This document shows, in pieces, positions 24,364 to 35,242 of a stretch of DNA of 64,000 bases. A program made the position numbers and the translations under genes. Numbering within the stretch: position 1 is the stretch's first letter; each line of letters opens with the position of its first letter. Under the pieces are notes generated by a model. That model was not told the origin of the DNA. It ran no database searches and saw only the letters and a program-made list of their open reading frames with translations. The stretch spans positions 11,842,001-11,906,000 of the forward strand of contig OZ176053.1 of assembly GCA_964247055.1 (NCBI GenBank). Reading direction: 5' to 3'. Source of the DNA: Paragordius varius. Lineage: Eukaryota > Animalia > Nematomorpha.

Positions 24364-27300
24364 TTTTGTTATCTTTTTTATGTTTAATAATATATATTAT
24401 ATTTTAATCGAAAAATAGGCACCATTCAAAAAAATTAAAGGAATTATTTTGAATGCAACGTTTCATCCCAAAGCACCAATCCTATTTGTCTCGGTATAAT
24501 TTCATTTTATCTTGCGTTAAAAGATTGCCTCACTTCTGTTTCAATTATATTTTAAGCTTAATATATTTTTGCATGATTTGATTAGAATTTTGCATTTTAA
24601 TTATTAAAATATTAGTTTTTGATACGATTAATATTAATTTGGGAAACAAAACGGAACATTAAAAAACAATATTTAATTTATATTTTATTTGAATCGCATC
24701 AAAACCACAATATTTTCATTTGTCCCCCTCTAATAATAATCTAATTGAATTTTTTATTTTCAAATTAAATTATCCAGACCCAAAAGTACATCAAAATATA
24801 CAATTTGATGCGCAAAGAATTGTCAAAAATCCTTATGACTTCATGTAAATGGGTGTCTAGTATCGCTATCCATCCCGGAGGTGACAATTTAATAGCCGGT
24901 TCCTATGATAATAAAGTTGTTTGGTTTGATTTGGATTTGTCCACCAAACCCTATAAAACACTCAAGTAAATTATTCATTTATTTGATAACGCTCTATGTC
25001 AATTATTTCGCGTTTTTAGATTTATGTGTAAGAATAAATATTTTTGACTTTTGAGGTGATTTGGATTAATTCATATAATAATTTAAAGTTTGATACAATA
25101 TTAAATTTTCCCGTATTTGTAATAAAAGTTCTTTTTTTAGAAAATACTTTTAATATTTTTTTGGTAAACCATTTATAAATATAATCCTTTCATTCATTTT
25201 AGATTTCATTCATCGGCAGTAAGAAGTGTGGCTTATCATCCGAAACAACCGCTCTTTGCTTCAGCGTCAGAAGATTGCTCCATAATAATTTCTCATGGGA
25301 TGGTTTACAAGTATATATCATTATATATTTGTTGATAAGGTTTATTATACAAGGTGTTTGAAATAAGTTTATTTACTTTTTTTGCTTAAATAATTATCAG
25401 GCGGAAAATATTTATTTTTTTGAAATTGCATTTAATTGGAGTTATACTTTTGCGTTGTAAACACAACGCTCATCCTTCTATATATAAGAGGTGTAATTTT
25501 TGTTTTAATTTCATCATCTTTTCCTTGAAATTTAATTTATAAATTCAAAATAAACAGAAGTCTAATAACTTTTTCAATATTCTCTTATGAAAATATTTAG
25601 GTCAGAAATCATCATAATAATTGAGGTTTTGATCGTAAAAGTGGGGTATAGATTAAAAAATAATATTGAGTGGGTAACGACGAGGGTTTGTAATGTAAAT
25701 GATGTTAAAATCGTCGTAAAATAACGTAAAAATTGTCAAATTTTCGCCATAGGCATCATCAGGAGATTAGTTAAGAAAAATATATATATAATATAAGTTA
25801 ATAAAAATTATAAAAAATGAACAAAATCATGATTGATATTACTTATATAGGAAAAAATTACAAAAGAACCGTTAATGGACAAATGAAAGAAAGATCACGA
25901 AGAAACCTTTGTGATATAAAATAACCAAATGTGCATTTTTTTTATTCTTTTTGAAAAAAATAATTGTATTGCTATAAATAAAATATTAATTTAACATTAA
26001 ACAATGTGAACACAAAATTATAAAAATTTAAGTATCTACACTGTAAAATGGTTTGTAATTGAAAATTCGATAATTTTTGATAAACGATATAGTTTCAGGG
26101 TTTATATCTTTCCTCTCTTCACGGCGATTAAGTAAACCATCTTCTGCGCTCTGTATAAAGAGTGCGTCTTTTGTTATCCTTGAGCTGTACTTTCTTTCTA
26201 CGGCTAAAACGTCAATTGTGTTTGAGCACTTATGGTTGTTATCCACGCAATGCAGAAACATGGCCGAACTTTTTCTTTTTTGATGTTCCTTAAATCTTAC
26301 CTTTATATTTCGCTTTGATTGGCCTATGTAAAATGCTGGGCAATTCTTCCATTTCAACTTAAATACGATATTTTCCATTTCCACTTCCTTAGACTTTAAC
26401 ATCTTTAAAACGTTCAATGTTGGTTTATAAACCACTTTGTCATCTTTCATTGTTAAAATTCTCCCGAGACTTTCTGATGCGCTATAGGGTAAGCAAACAA
26501 ATTTTATGCGATTGTTTTTTTCGGAGGGATAAATAGTTTCGTCCGTTGTTGACTGTGAGGTTTCTGTGGGAAGGATGGGGTGGCATGGAATAAAACCAAC
26601 AGGATTTGCTAAGAGAGTCAGGTTTCTTTTTATTGTTTACTGCTGTTGTAATCCATTCTTTTTGATAGTCTTGTTGTAGCAAATACTGTACAATTTCATT
26701 TGTTGATGTATCTGCATTTTTACTGTATTGGGTAATAGAAATGTGCGTTTTAGGTAACTGGATACTATAGCTTTGTATGTGAAGGAGGGGTGATTGGAAT
26801 TTATTGGTAGGAAGTTGTAGTTAAACAATTTTATGTAGTATACCTTTGTATAAATTATATACTCATTGTCGATTTTTACTCTTGTTAAAACTATATCTAA
26901 AAAAGCAAGGAATGTCCCTCTTCATCCTCTTGAGGTGATTCATTAAAAGCATGGAATAAATTGCCTTGATTTTCTTTTCTATCCATTATCAGTATAGCAT
27001 TGACATACCTTCTGTAAAATTTGATATTATCTTCTTGGGCATAATTCGCCGATGACGGATGAATAACTGCAACCCATGGGTGTTCCTTTGATTTGTTTAT
27101 GAAAATTTATTGTCGTAAATAAAGTAATTATTGTACATTACCGCTCAAATTAAAAGAAGACAAGAATCAATATTTATGTGTTTTTCAAAATAATCTCTAT
27201 GTTCCTGCAAAAATTCTTCCAAAATGTTGTCGGCCCAAACGATCGGAAAACTAGTGTATAGAGATGTAACATCAAAAGATACTAATGTATCATGTTCCGT

Positions 27301-27831
27301 TAATTTTAATTCTCGCAATGTGCCTACCACCTCAAAGGAATTTTTAACATCATGCTCATTAGGGGGGGGGGGGGGTTCTATAGACTACAATCGGTCTCAA
27401 AGGATTTGATGGTTTATGTACTTTTGGGTTGGCGTAAAATCTGGACATTTTTGGAAATGAGGGGTTAATTCTTTGTACATTTTATCAAAGGATAACAAAA
27501 GAAGCACTCTTTATACATAGCGCAGAAGATGGTTTACTTAGTCGCCGTGAAGAGAGGAAAGTTATAAACCCTGAAACTAAATCGTTTATCAAAAATTATT
27601 GAATTTTTAATTACAAACCAGTGTAGTTACTACTTAAATTTTAATAATTTTGTGTTTACATTGTTTAATGTTAAATTGTTAGATAGCAATACAATTAATT
27701 TTTTAAAAAAAAATAAAAAAAAATGCACATTTGGTTTATTTTAAATCACAACGGTTCCTTTGTAATTTTTTCCTATATATCAGTAATATCATTCATGATT
27801 TTGTTCATTTTTTAATTGTATTTTTACATCT

Positions 27832-27867
<36 letters not shown>

Positions 27868-28790
27868 TTTGCACTTCAAGAGTGTCCTTGAACACTTCAA
27901 GTTGGTCCTGGAACAATTCAAGTTTGTCCTTGAACCCTTCAAGTTGGTCCTTTGATTTTTTTGTTTTGTTTTTAACTTTTATCAATCAAATCGTAAATAA
28001 TTCATTTATTTTATTGTTTTTAACCTATTTTCTAATATTTAACATAAATTTTAAATCGATATCAACTTTTAATTTTTGAGAAACCGTATATCTTTATTAA
28101 TTTCTTAAAATAATTTTGGATATTTATTTTAACAAATAATATATAAGTTTTCTGGATTATTAATTAAAATTTTTCATTAAAAACATTTAAAAGTCAATAA
28201 TTTTGTTCAATTGAAAAAAAATAGTTTGAAACAAAAAAGTGGTTTTTAAATAAAATTTTTTATTTTTAAGTGAATTAATTATATAATAAATAATGAAAAT
28301 TAGGTTAATAAAAAATAAAATAAAAAAATAAATGCAAAAATTATGGTTAATCAAAATTTATAAATTTTAAGGATCAACTTAAAAGTTTCAAGGACCAACT
28401 TGAAATGTTCAAGGACCAACTTGAATTGTTCAATACCAACTTGAACTGTTTAAGGACCAACTTGAATTGATCAAGGACACCCTTGAAGTGCAAATGGTAT
28501 ATTTTTCTTAACTAATCTCCTGATGATGCCTATGAAATTTGAAAATTAATAAATTATATTTTATTTTTACGTTATTTTACGACGATTTTAGAGCATCATT
28601 AAAAAAATAATATGTTTATCCACAATTGCTTTTTAGCGATTTTATCCAAAACCCACTGATTGTGCCGGTCAAAATTTTGAAGGGACATCAAAAAATGCCT
28701 GGAGGTGTATATTCTTGTGTCTTTCATAATCAACAACCTTGGATATTTTCTGCTGGCGCGGATGGCAATATACACCTTTATTCTTCGTGA
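20180..28790 (+). CDS. BOP1: Ribosome biogenesis protein BOP1/Erb1, 16 exons, 745 aa (20180-20239, 20261-20412, 20435-20651, 20766-20873, 21262-21390, 21692-21853, 22313-22472, 22625-22761, 23193-23559, 23873-23905, 23983-24059, 24221-24331, 24419-24493, 24778-24965, 25203-25310, 28637-28790)
   Basis: [84 protein letters not shown]. Exon lengths sum to 2238 nt, all junctions GT-AG. Confidence 0.93.
22915..23140. mobile_element. Truncated copy (one end) of MITE family A in BOP1 intron 8
   Basis: Ends CAAGGACCAACTTGAAGTGCAAATGGTATA; body similar to 12990-13207. Left boundary approximate. Confidence 0.75.
25731..25770 (-). ncRNA. Minimal type I hammerhead ribozyme motif in the Penelope pseudo-LTR
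   Basis: Minus strand CTAATCTC-CTGATGA-T-GCC-TAT-GGC-GAAAATTT-GACAATT: CUGAUGA core, 3-bp stem II, GAAA, palindromic stem III; stem I imperfect. Same sense as the PLE ORF, as known for PLE hammerheads. Confidence 0.6.
27861..28501. mobile_element. MITE family A copy inserted at a (TA)n tract inside the inverted Penelope pLTR
   Basis: TIRs at both ends; about six 21-bp CAAGGACCAACTTGAA units at 28370-28490; opposite orientation to 12656-13207. pLTR homology resumes on both sides. Confidence 0.85.
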
Positions 28791-29575
28791 TATCATCTAT
28801 CTTCTTGCAATAATAATCATTTCGATTGCAAATAAATTTGATATGTATACCTTATTTTACAATTAAGTTTTGTTGTGCTTAAAATATTGAAATTTTTTGA
28901 AATAGCCCTTATAATAAGCTAAAAAGATCTTGGGAAAAAATGTAATTATTTTTTCCATTTTTTTGAACAGATCCGTAGATATGTATATTAAATATAATGT
29001 GGAATTAATAAAACACTGAATATTAAGTTAAATTAATGAGATTAAAGCCATTTAAATGTTTGTAATTAATTATAAAATAATTTCATTCTATTAATAAAAC
29101 TAAATAAAATTATCGAAACGTTCGGATTAAGTTAAAATTTTTACAATTTATTTTATGAACCAAAAGTGTAACTTTAATTTATTTTGGGTATTTATTTAAT
29201 TTATATTGGCACAAAATGTTACTATTTGTTTACCTTAAATTTAAGGGAAACCATATTAGAGGATCTATTTTCGAATTAAATTTAAAATTTAAAACAATTA
29301 TTTTGATAATCGTTACAAAAAATATGTATGACTACCCAACTATTTCGATTAATCTACAAGATTATTAATTTAAAAATATTAATATCACATTTATTGACTT
29401 TATTAAGGTATGTACAAGGCGAACGTCGAAATATATACTTATCCATATATAATAATATAGATTTGACCAATCTATTGATTGAAATACATTCACTAAAGAT
29501 TAAACATGCACGCATAAATGATGTTAGTTTTTAAGTTTGTTGCATTTATAATAAGTCAGTCTAAAAATGAAGCAA

Positions 29576-30621
29576 TTAATCAAGGAATTCTTGACTTTTT
29601 CTGACGCATTCTTTCACTCGGCGTTTAAATTCGGGGAAGTTATCACGAAATTCTTTCTAATATAAAAATTATATATTAGAATACAGGCAATTCTATCTGG
29701 TCATATTCATTGAACAAAGTATGGCAAATACCAGAAAAAGTATATAAAATGCATATCTAATTTACAGATAAAAAGCAAAGTTTGGTCGATAATTTTATTA
29801 TGTATAGTAAACTAAGGAATGCTACCATAAAATATAACTATAAAGGTTGATCTCTAATAAATTACCTTATCATAAATTTGTTTAATTTACTTAGTGAAAT
29901 TATGATTTTCAAAATTCTTAATGATCCTTGGTTTTTTTAAAGCCAAAATTTATATAGTAAAAATATATTAGTGTATAGTAAATAATTATTTTTTAATCTG
30001 TTTATAACTAAAAAATTAACCATATCAGATATTCCGTCCAAACTTTAAAATATTTTTTGGTAACTTTAAGAATAAATACCGCGGCGTCAACATTAGCAGG
30101 CGATTCAGTGTTAGGGTCGGCTAATAAAGATATAACGCTATGTAATATAGAATCTACAGAATGCACAGGAAGCCATCGTTCACTCGCTTTCTCGTAACCA
30201 AAAGAATCCTCTCCTGGCTCATGAAGTATAGAAATGCAAACATCTCCTTCCTTGGAAACTAAATATTTCGATAATTATGTTGAAATGTATATTAAATTAT
30301 TTTAGAAATTTTGTCAATTACCGTTAGGATGCCACATATCACATAAAAATTTCATTTTAGGCGGTTTCATTGGGTATTCCAGTGGAAACTTGATTTGTGC
30401 TTTAAAAAAACCTCCTTCGCTGACAGTTATTTAAAAATAAAATTACTATAAGGTATCGGGAGGTCCTACAATCAACACATTCCATAAATATATATTATCA
30501 TCGTTTTCTAAGCCAACAGAAAAACCAGGTTCTGGATTTTTTAACATTTCTATAAATAAGTTAAAATTATACCTTTTAAATGCTTTTGTAATAAAATTTT
30601 GGAATGGGGTGTTGTAGTCAT
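29576..30621 (-). CDS. UBE2G1: Ubiquitin-conjugating enzyme E2 G1-type (Ubc7 family), 169 aa; exons 30621-30573, 30549-30447, 30419-30322, 30258-30080, 29656-29576
   Basis: [61 protein letters not shown] (family acidic insert), [15 protein letters not shown]. Exons sum to 510 nt. Confidence 0.93.
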
Positions 30622-30849
30622 TAGGAAAATTGTGCTTTGCTAAAAAGAGTTTCTGAGAATGATAAATCTTCACTTTTTTCAATTTTAATTTATGATGTTT
30701 GTGGGTGGTTTTATACCAAAGCTATTTAACTTCAAAAATATTATTAGTATAGGCAAAATCAAAATTATGCTGTCTTTTGCACCCATGATACAAAAAAAAA
30801 TTTTTAAAAATGTAAAATTGACTAATCAATCAAGTATTTTTATAAATGA

Positions 30850-31320
30850 TACCGCTACAACCGATATTACCAGGAGAGATGCAATGGCAGGTAATTTAAA
30901 AATCAAACTTAAATCATTTCTAAAAAATTTCTCAATAATAGAATCAAAAATTTTCCAATAAAGCACAAGAGCTGTGAGTCCTCGACATTTACAAATACCG
31001 ACTGCAACATAATAAAAGCGTTCGAGTTAAGGCCTATAGATATATGGGTATACAATGGGAGCAAAAGATAGCAAATGATCAAATAGTAGAACATATTAAA
31101 CCCGAAAAGACTCTACTTCAGAAAATCCATACGTTGCAACTCATTTTTCGGACATGTGATGAGAGCCGATAATTTAGAAAAAGCGACCATGCTAGCCAGT
31201 TGAAGGGGGTAGTAACTAAGTTACGATATTTTAATCAGATAAATAACAGCACATTAAATCCATGAACTTGCACAGATACCTCACAACAATGCTATGGTCC
31301 AAGCTGTCTTAACGACCCCA
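30850..31320 (+). mobile_element. Decayed 3' fragment of an RTE-type LINE
   Basis: Fragments IKAFELR, QWEQKIANDQI, FGHVMRADNLEKATML resemble the RTE C-terminal region; boundaries approximate. Confidence 0.55.
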
Positions 31321-32194
31321 AAGATATTCACACTCATCATCATTATAAAACATTTCACCACCCTTTTTTTAACTTTTTGCAACCAAATGCATACTATGGT
31401 CAAAAAATAAAATATCTTTGAAAAGCTTTAAAATAGCAATATATAAGATTTTTGTAATTTATGGATTTTTATATAAGCTGTTTGTTTCAGTTGTCTTTGG
31501 ATAATGTGACCAGATAGGCTGTTTTCCGCAGTACAAGTACTGGGTTTTCATGAAAAAAACTGCGCCTGTACTGCGCCCACCTTTGTACTGCTTTTTGAAA
31601 TTAATAAAAAATAATTTTTTATAAATATATATTAATTACCTTGTATCGTTTTCAAAAAAAATATTTTAGACTTTAATATAGTACCCTCTGTAAAAATAAC
31701 CCCATAATTTGTAAAGAAATGGTTCTTGTGGTAAAAAACTAAGATTGGCCTATTTAATTTGTTAATCTTTTATTTTCTGCTCGAATTATACATAAAATTC
31801 AGGATTGCAAAAGATTCAGTTTAATGGCTCTTTCACTAAGCGATTCGGCAAAAAGAGGTGCCTTAAAATATTAAATTAACAAAATAATTTATGATATTTT
31901 CATAAATGTTTGATAAAGTTTAGAAAGTCTAATTATTGATATAATTTATCAAACGGAAAATTATAAAAAAATTGTATCCCGTAACATATTATTTAAACTC
32001 TATTATATATGGCATGATTTCGAAATAAAAAATTAAGAATTTTTACTTTTTTTACAAACATTAGATGAGGTGGATACAGTAAATTTGAAATTATACGGAC
32101 AAAATGTAAAAATAAAAGACAATTTTTTTTCAAAAGACAACCATACTTTTTCAACCTTTATTAATAAAGGATAATTCAAAAAATAATGATGAAA

Positions 32195-33129
32195 GTTGAG
32201 ATATTATGGTTTATCATAATTTAAGGAGATATTTCAACATATAAATAGCCTAAAATCATATATTTAGGGTTCTATAATATCTCAGTTCGAAAGATGGCGT
32301 TTTTCATTTAACAAAAAAAATTTATATACTATATTAAAATAATTTTTTTAATTATATACCAGCTAAACTCACCATTAAATCTTATTAATATTTTATTCAG
32401 TAAAAATATATTAAAATAAAACCAAAATATATTGATTTTTTATTTTTTGTCATCTGGTTTATGAGTGTATATAAAATTTATACAGCTTTATTTCGGATTT
32501 TTACATAGTGGGAATTATAAAGTATATAATTTTGCAAAATAGGATTTAAAATAGTGGTAAATCCATGTTTATTCTGGAATCTTACATGAGTGAAAGTTAT
32601 AATTATATAATTTATGCAAAATCGGATTTAAAAGTAGTGTAAAAGCAACCAAATATCCGTACATATCCCAATAAAAATATTTTTTGTGTAAAACAAACTA
32701 CAGGGATTTGTACGGATTGTTGGTTGATATTCCATTACTTTTAAATCCTATTTTGCATAAGTTATATACTTTAAAACTCTTACTGTTGTAAGATTCCAAA
32801 ACAAAACAGTATAAATTTTTTATACACTCATAAATCAGATGACAGAAAAATGAAAAAATTCAAAACAACATTTTTTAGTTTTATTTTGATATAGAAGTTT
32901 TTTTTACTAAATAAAATATAAATGTTAAGATTTTAATAGTCAGTTTAGCTAGTAAATATTAAAAAAAATTATTTAAATATAGTTTTAGAAAAAAATTTGA
33001 CTTTTAAGTGTGTTAAAAGAAAAACGCTATCTTTTGAACTGAGATTTTATAGAAACCCTGTTTATATGATTTTAGGCTATTTATATATAGAAAATATCTA
33101 CTAAAATGATAATCAACATAATACTCAAC
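32195..33129. mobile_element. Long foldback element (about 440-bp imperfect inverted arms, short spacer)
   Basis: ATATAAATAGCCTAAAATCATATA / TATATGATTTTAGGCTATTTATAT, GTCATCTGGTTTATGAGTGTATA / TATACACTCATAAATCAGATGAC and other mirrored blocks. Confidence 0.8.
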
Positions 33130-33256
33130 CGATTTCGATTTTCTCTTAATACTTTAAAAACTAGGTCAGCAACTTTTTGCGGCCAATGAATTCGCTGGTC
33201 ACAAGCTATCTCATGGAAATTTTTTTTTAAAAATTGACCCTTATTTGGACACAGTG

Positions 33257-33810
33257 ATATATATATATATATATATATAAATGGAAAATGCTGGCTTTGC
33301 GATCTGTTTCCGGAAAACCAGTAAACCCACTCAAATCCAAATATCGAAAAATATAATCATTAATAAATGCTCCGACAATAGCTTCGTCCTTTTTTTGAAT
33401 TAGGCCCCCAGTTCGGGCCCACCCCGTGTAAAAAACGGTTATTTTGAAAACAGAAGTCCTGTCCCTGACACAATTTTCCGGAGAACGTGTTGGACCATTA
33501 AATTTCAAATATGATTTTTATTTACTATTTTCGATTGTGCCAAACATAGTCGGCTCGCTTTTTTAATTTAGGCCCTTTTTTTACCCGCTCACCCCGTAAT
33601 ATGCCATAAAAATAATTTTTTGAATCTATTCTTCGCCCCAGTCAACAATATATTAGTATGAATGCACCGTTTTAAAATTCCTATGAGATCATAGCTATTA
33701 AATAATGTTTCGAAATAATTGTCCCTTTTTCACAATAGCCCCCCCCCCCCCCTCCACCAGAAGTCGGAAGAACTTCCTCGGGCTGCGTGGCAGATCGAGA
33801 TTTACGCTAG
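33257..33810 (+). mobile_element. Non-autonomous Helitron-like element (copy 1)
   Basis: About 350 bp similar to 40150-40490; ends with hairpin CTCG-GG-CTGC-GTG-GCAG-AT-CGAG then CTAG|T. 5' end buried in a (TA)n tract. Confidence 0.6.
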
Positions 33811-35061
33811 TATATATATATATATATATATATACTAATTTCAATAAAGAGTGCATAAAAGATATAACACATAATGATTTTATACAATTACAAAAAATGG
33901 ACTAAATTAGTTTGGACACATTGACGGGAGATATTCACAATAAATTGTATAAATACTAAGCATAAAATTTAGAGAATAATAGGAAAATTTATGTCTTTTA
34001 AAAAGCATGGGCACAATTAGCAAGATTTGCGTAATCCAAGTTTATTTTGGGACGCCATATATGGAATTAAAAGGCTGTATTACATTGCCCCTTTCTCAAG
34101 CTAAAATAATGTATAATTACACATTCAACATTTCAGATTGTTTATTCAAAACAACTGCTTCTCAGCAAATTAGATTTATTTAAAGTTTTATTTATTTATA
34201 CTTTATAATTTTAATTTAAAATTACCTTTAAATTAAACTTTGGGCTTGGAACCTCTGCGTTAAAATCGCCGTTTAAAGCTTTATTTTTAATCATTTTGTT
34301 GAGTGAATTGTGTTAAACGTACAGGCTAATAATTGTCAAAGTGTTTGTTAAAGTATGACATATTATATTTAATTTGATTAATATTTTAACAAAGATTTGT
34401 GTTAATTCTTTTTTGTAAACCAGAGTTAGAGTAAACAATTGCACAAACCATAGTTACATAAAAACAATAATTTTTACATAGAAAACCGGGAACTTAATTT
34501 TTTTATTTGTCCAAATTTTGTGCGTTATCTAGTTGAAAGAGCGATTTTCGATTTCGAATCAGAAAATAAATAGTCATTAAATTTCCATTTATCCATAAAG
34601 ACTAACTAGTAAAATTTGATTGATAACAAACTAAAATATGCAACATGTGCCATTGTAAAAGTTAATAGTAGGTCTCAACCAATTGGATAAAAATATATTT
34701 TTATTTTTTTTCAAAATAATGTTGTAATTAAAATAGAGAAATTTGTAATTTTTTTCACATGAAATATTATTATTATTATTATGAAAATAAATTCGCATAT
34801 AAAAACACATAATGATGTAAATAGGGAAGAATATCGATCGATTATATAAAAAATTTTAATATCGGTTTTGATTGCATTGTAAAATAATAAACAAATACCA
34901 TTCGATCCTTCTGTTCAGCTTTGCCACACATATTTTTTCTTTTATATATCTATCCTATTCATTTAAAATTCCACAATAGTTTTATAATTTTCTCAAAAAA
35001 CATTTATTTTAAACTTTTAAACTCATTCTTAAATTTTCAAAAAAGTTATTAAATTTAAAAT

Positions 35062-35182
35062 ATGTCATCTTCATCCGAATCTGAGAGCGAAAAGTATGTT
35101 AATTTTTTTGTCCTTAACTAATTTTATTTAATAAAACTATTAACGGAATCATAAATATATTGCGATTTTTTAAATCTATCTA

Positions 35183-35242
<60 letters not shown>

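Larger units (their letters stand above)
25667..28597 (-). mobile_element. 5'-truncated Penelope-like element (RT + GIY-YIG) with inverted pseudo-LTR, in BOP1 last intron
   Basis: Minus-strand RT fragments [34 protein letters not shown]; [15 protein letters not shown]...RFKEH. 25699-26180 is repeated inverted at 27486-27860 plus 28502-28600. Candidate TSD ATTAAAAAA(A)TAATAT at 25652 and 28598. Confidence 0.88.

Noticed and set aside
28370-28490. CRISPR-like regularly spaced repeats
   Set aside because: The 16-nt core has only 5-nt spacers (21-bp period), lies inside a TIR element in a eukaryotic intron, and there are no cas genes.
30692-30961. 89-aa ORF divergent from UBE2G
   Set aside because: AT-rich, low-information translation that runs into the decayed RTE fragment; no splice or homology support.
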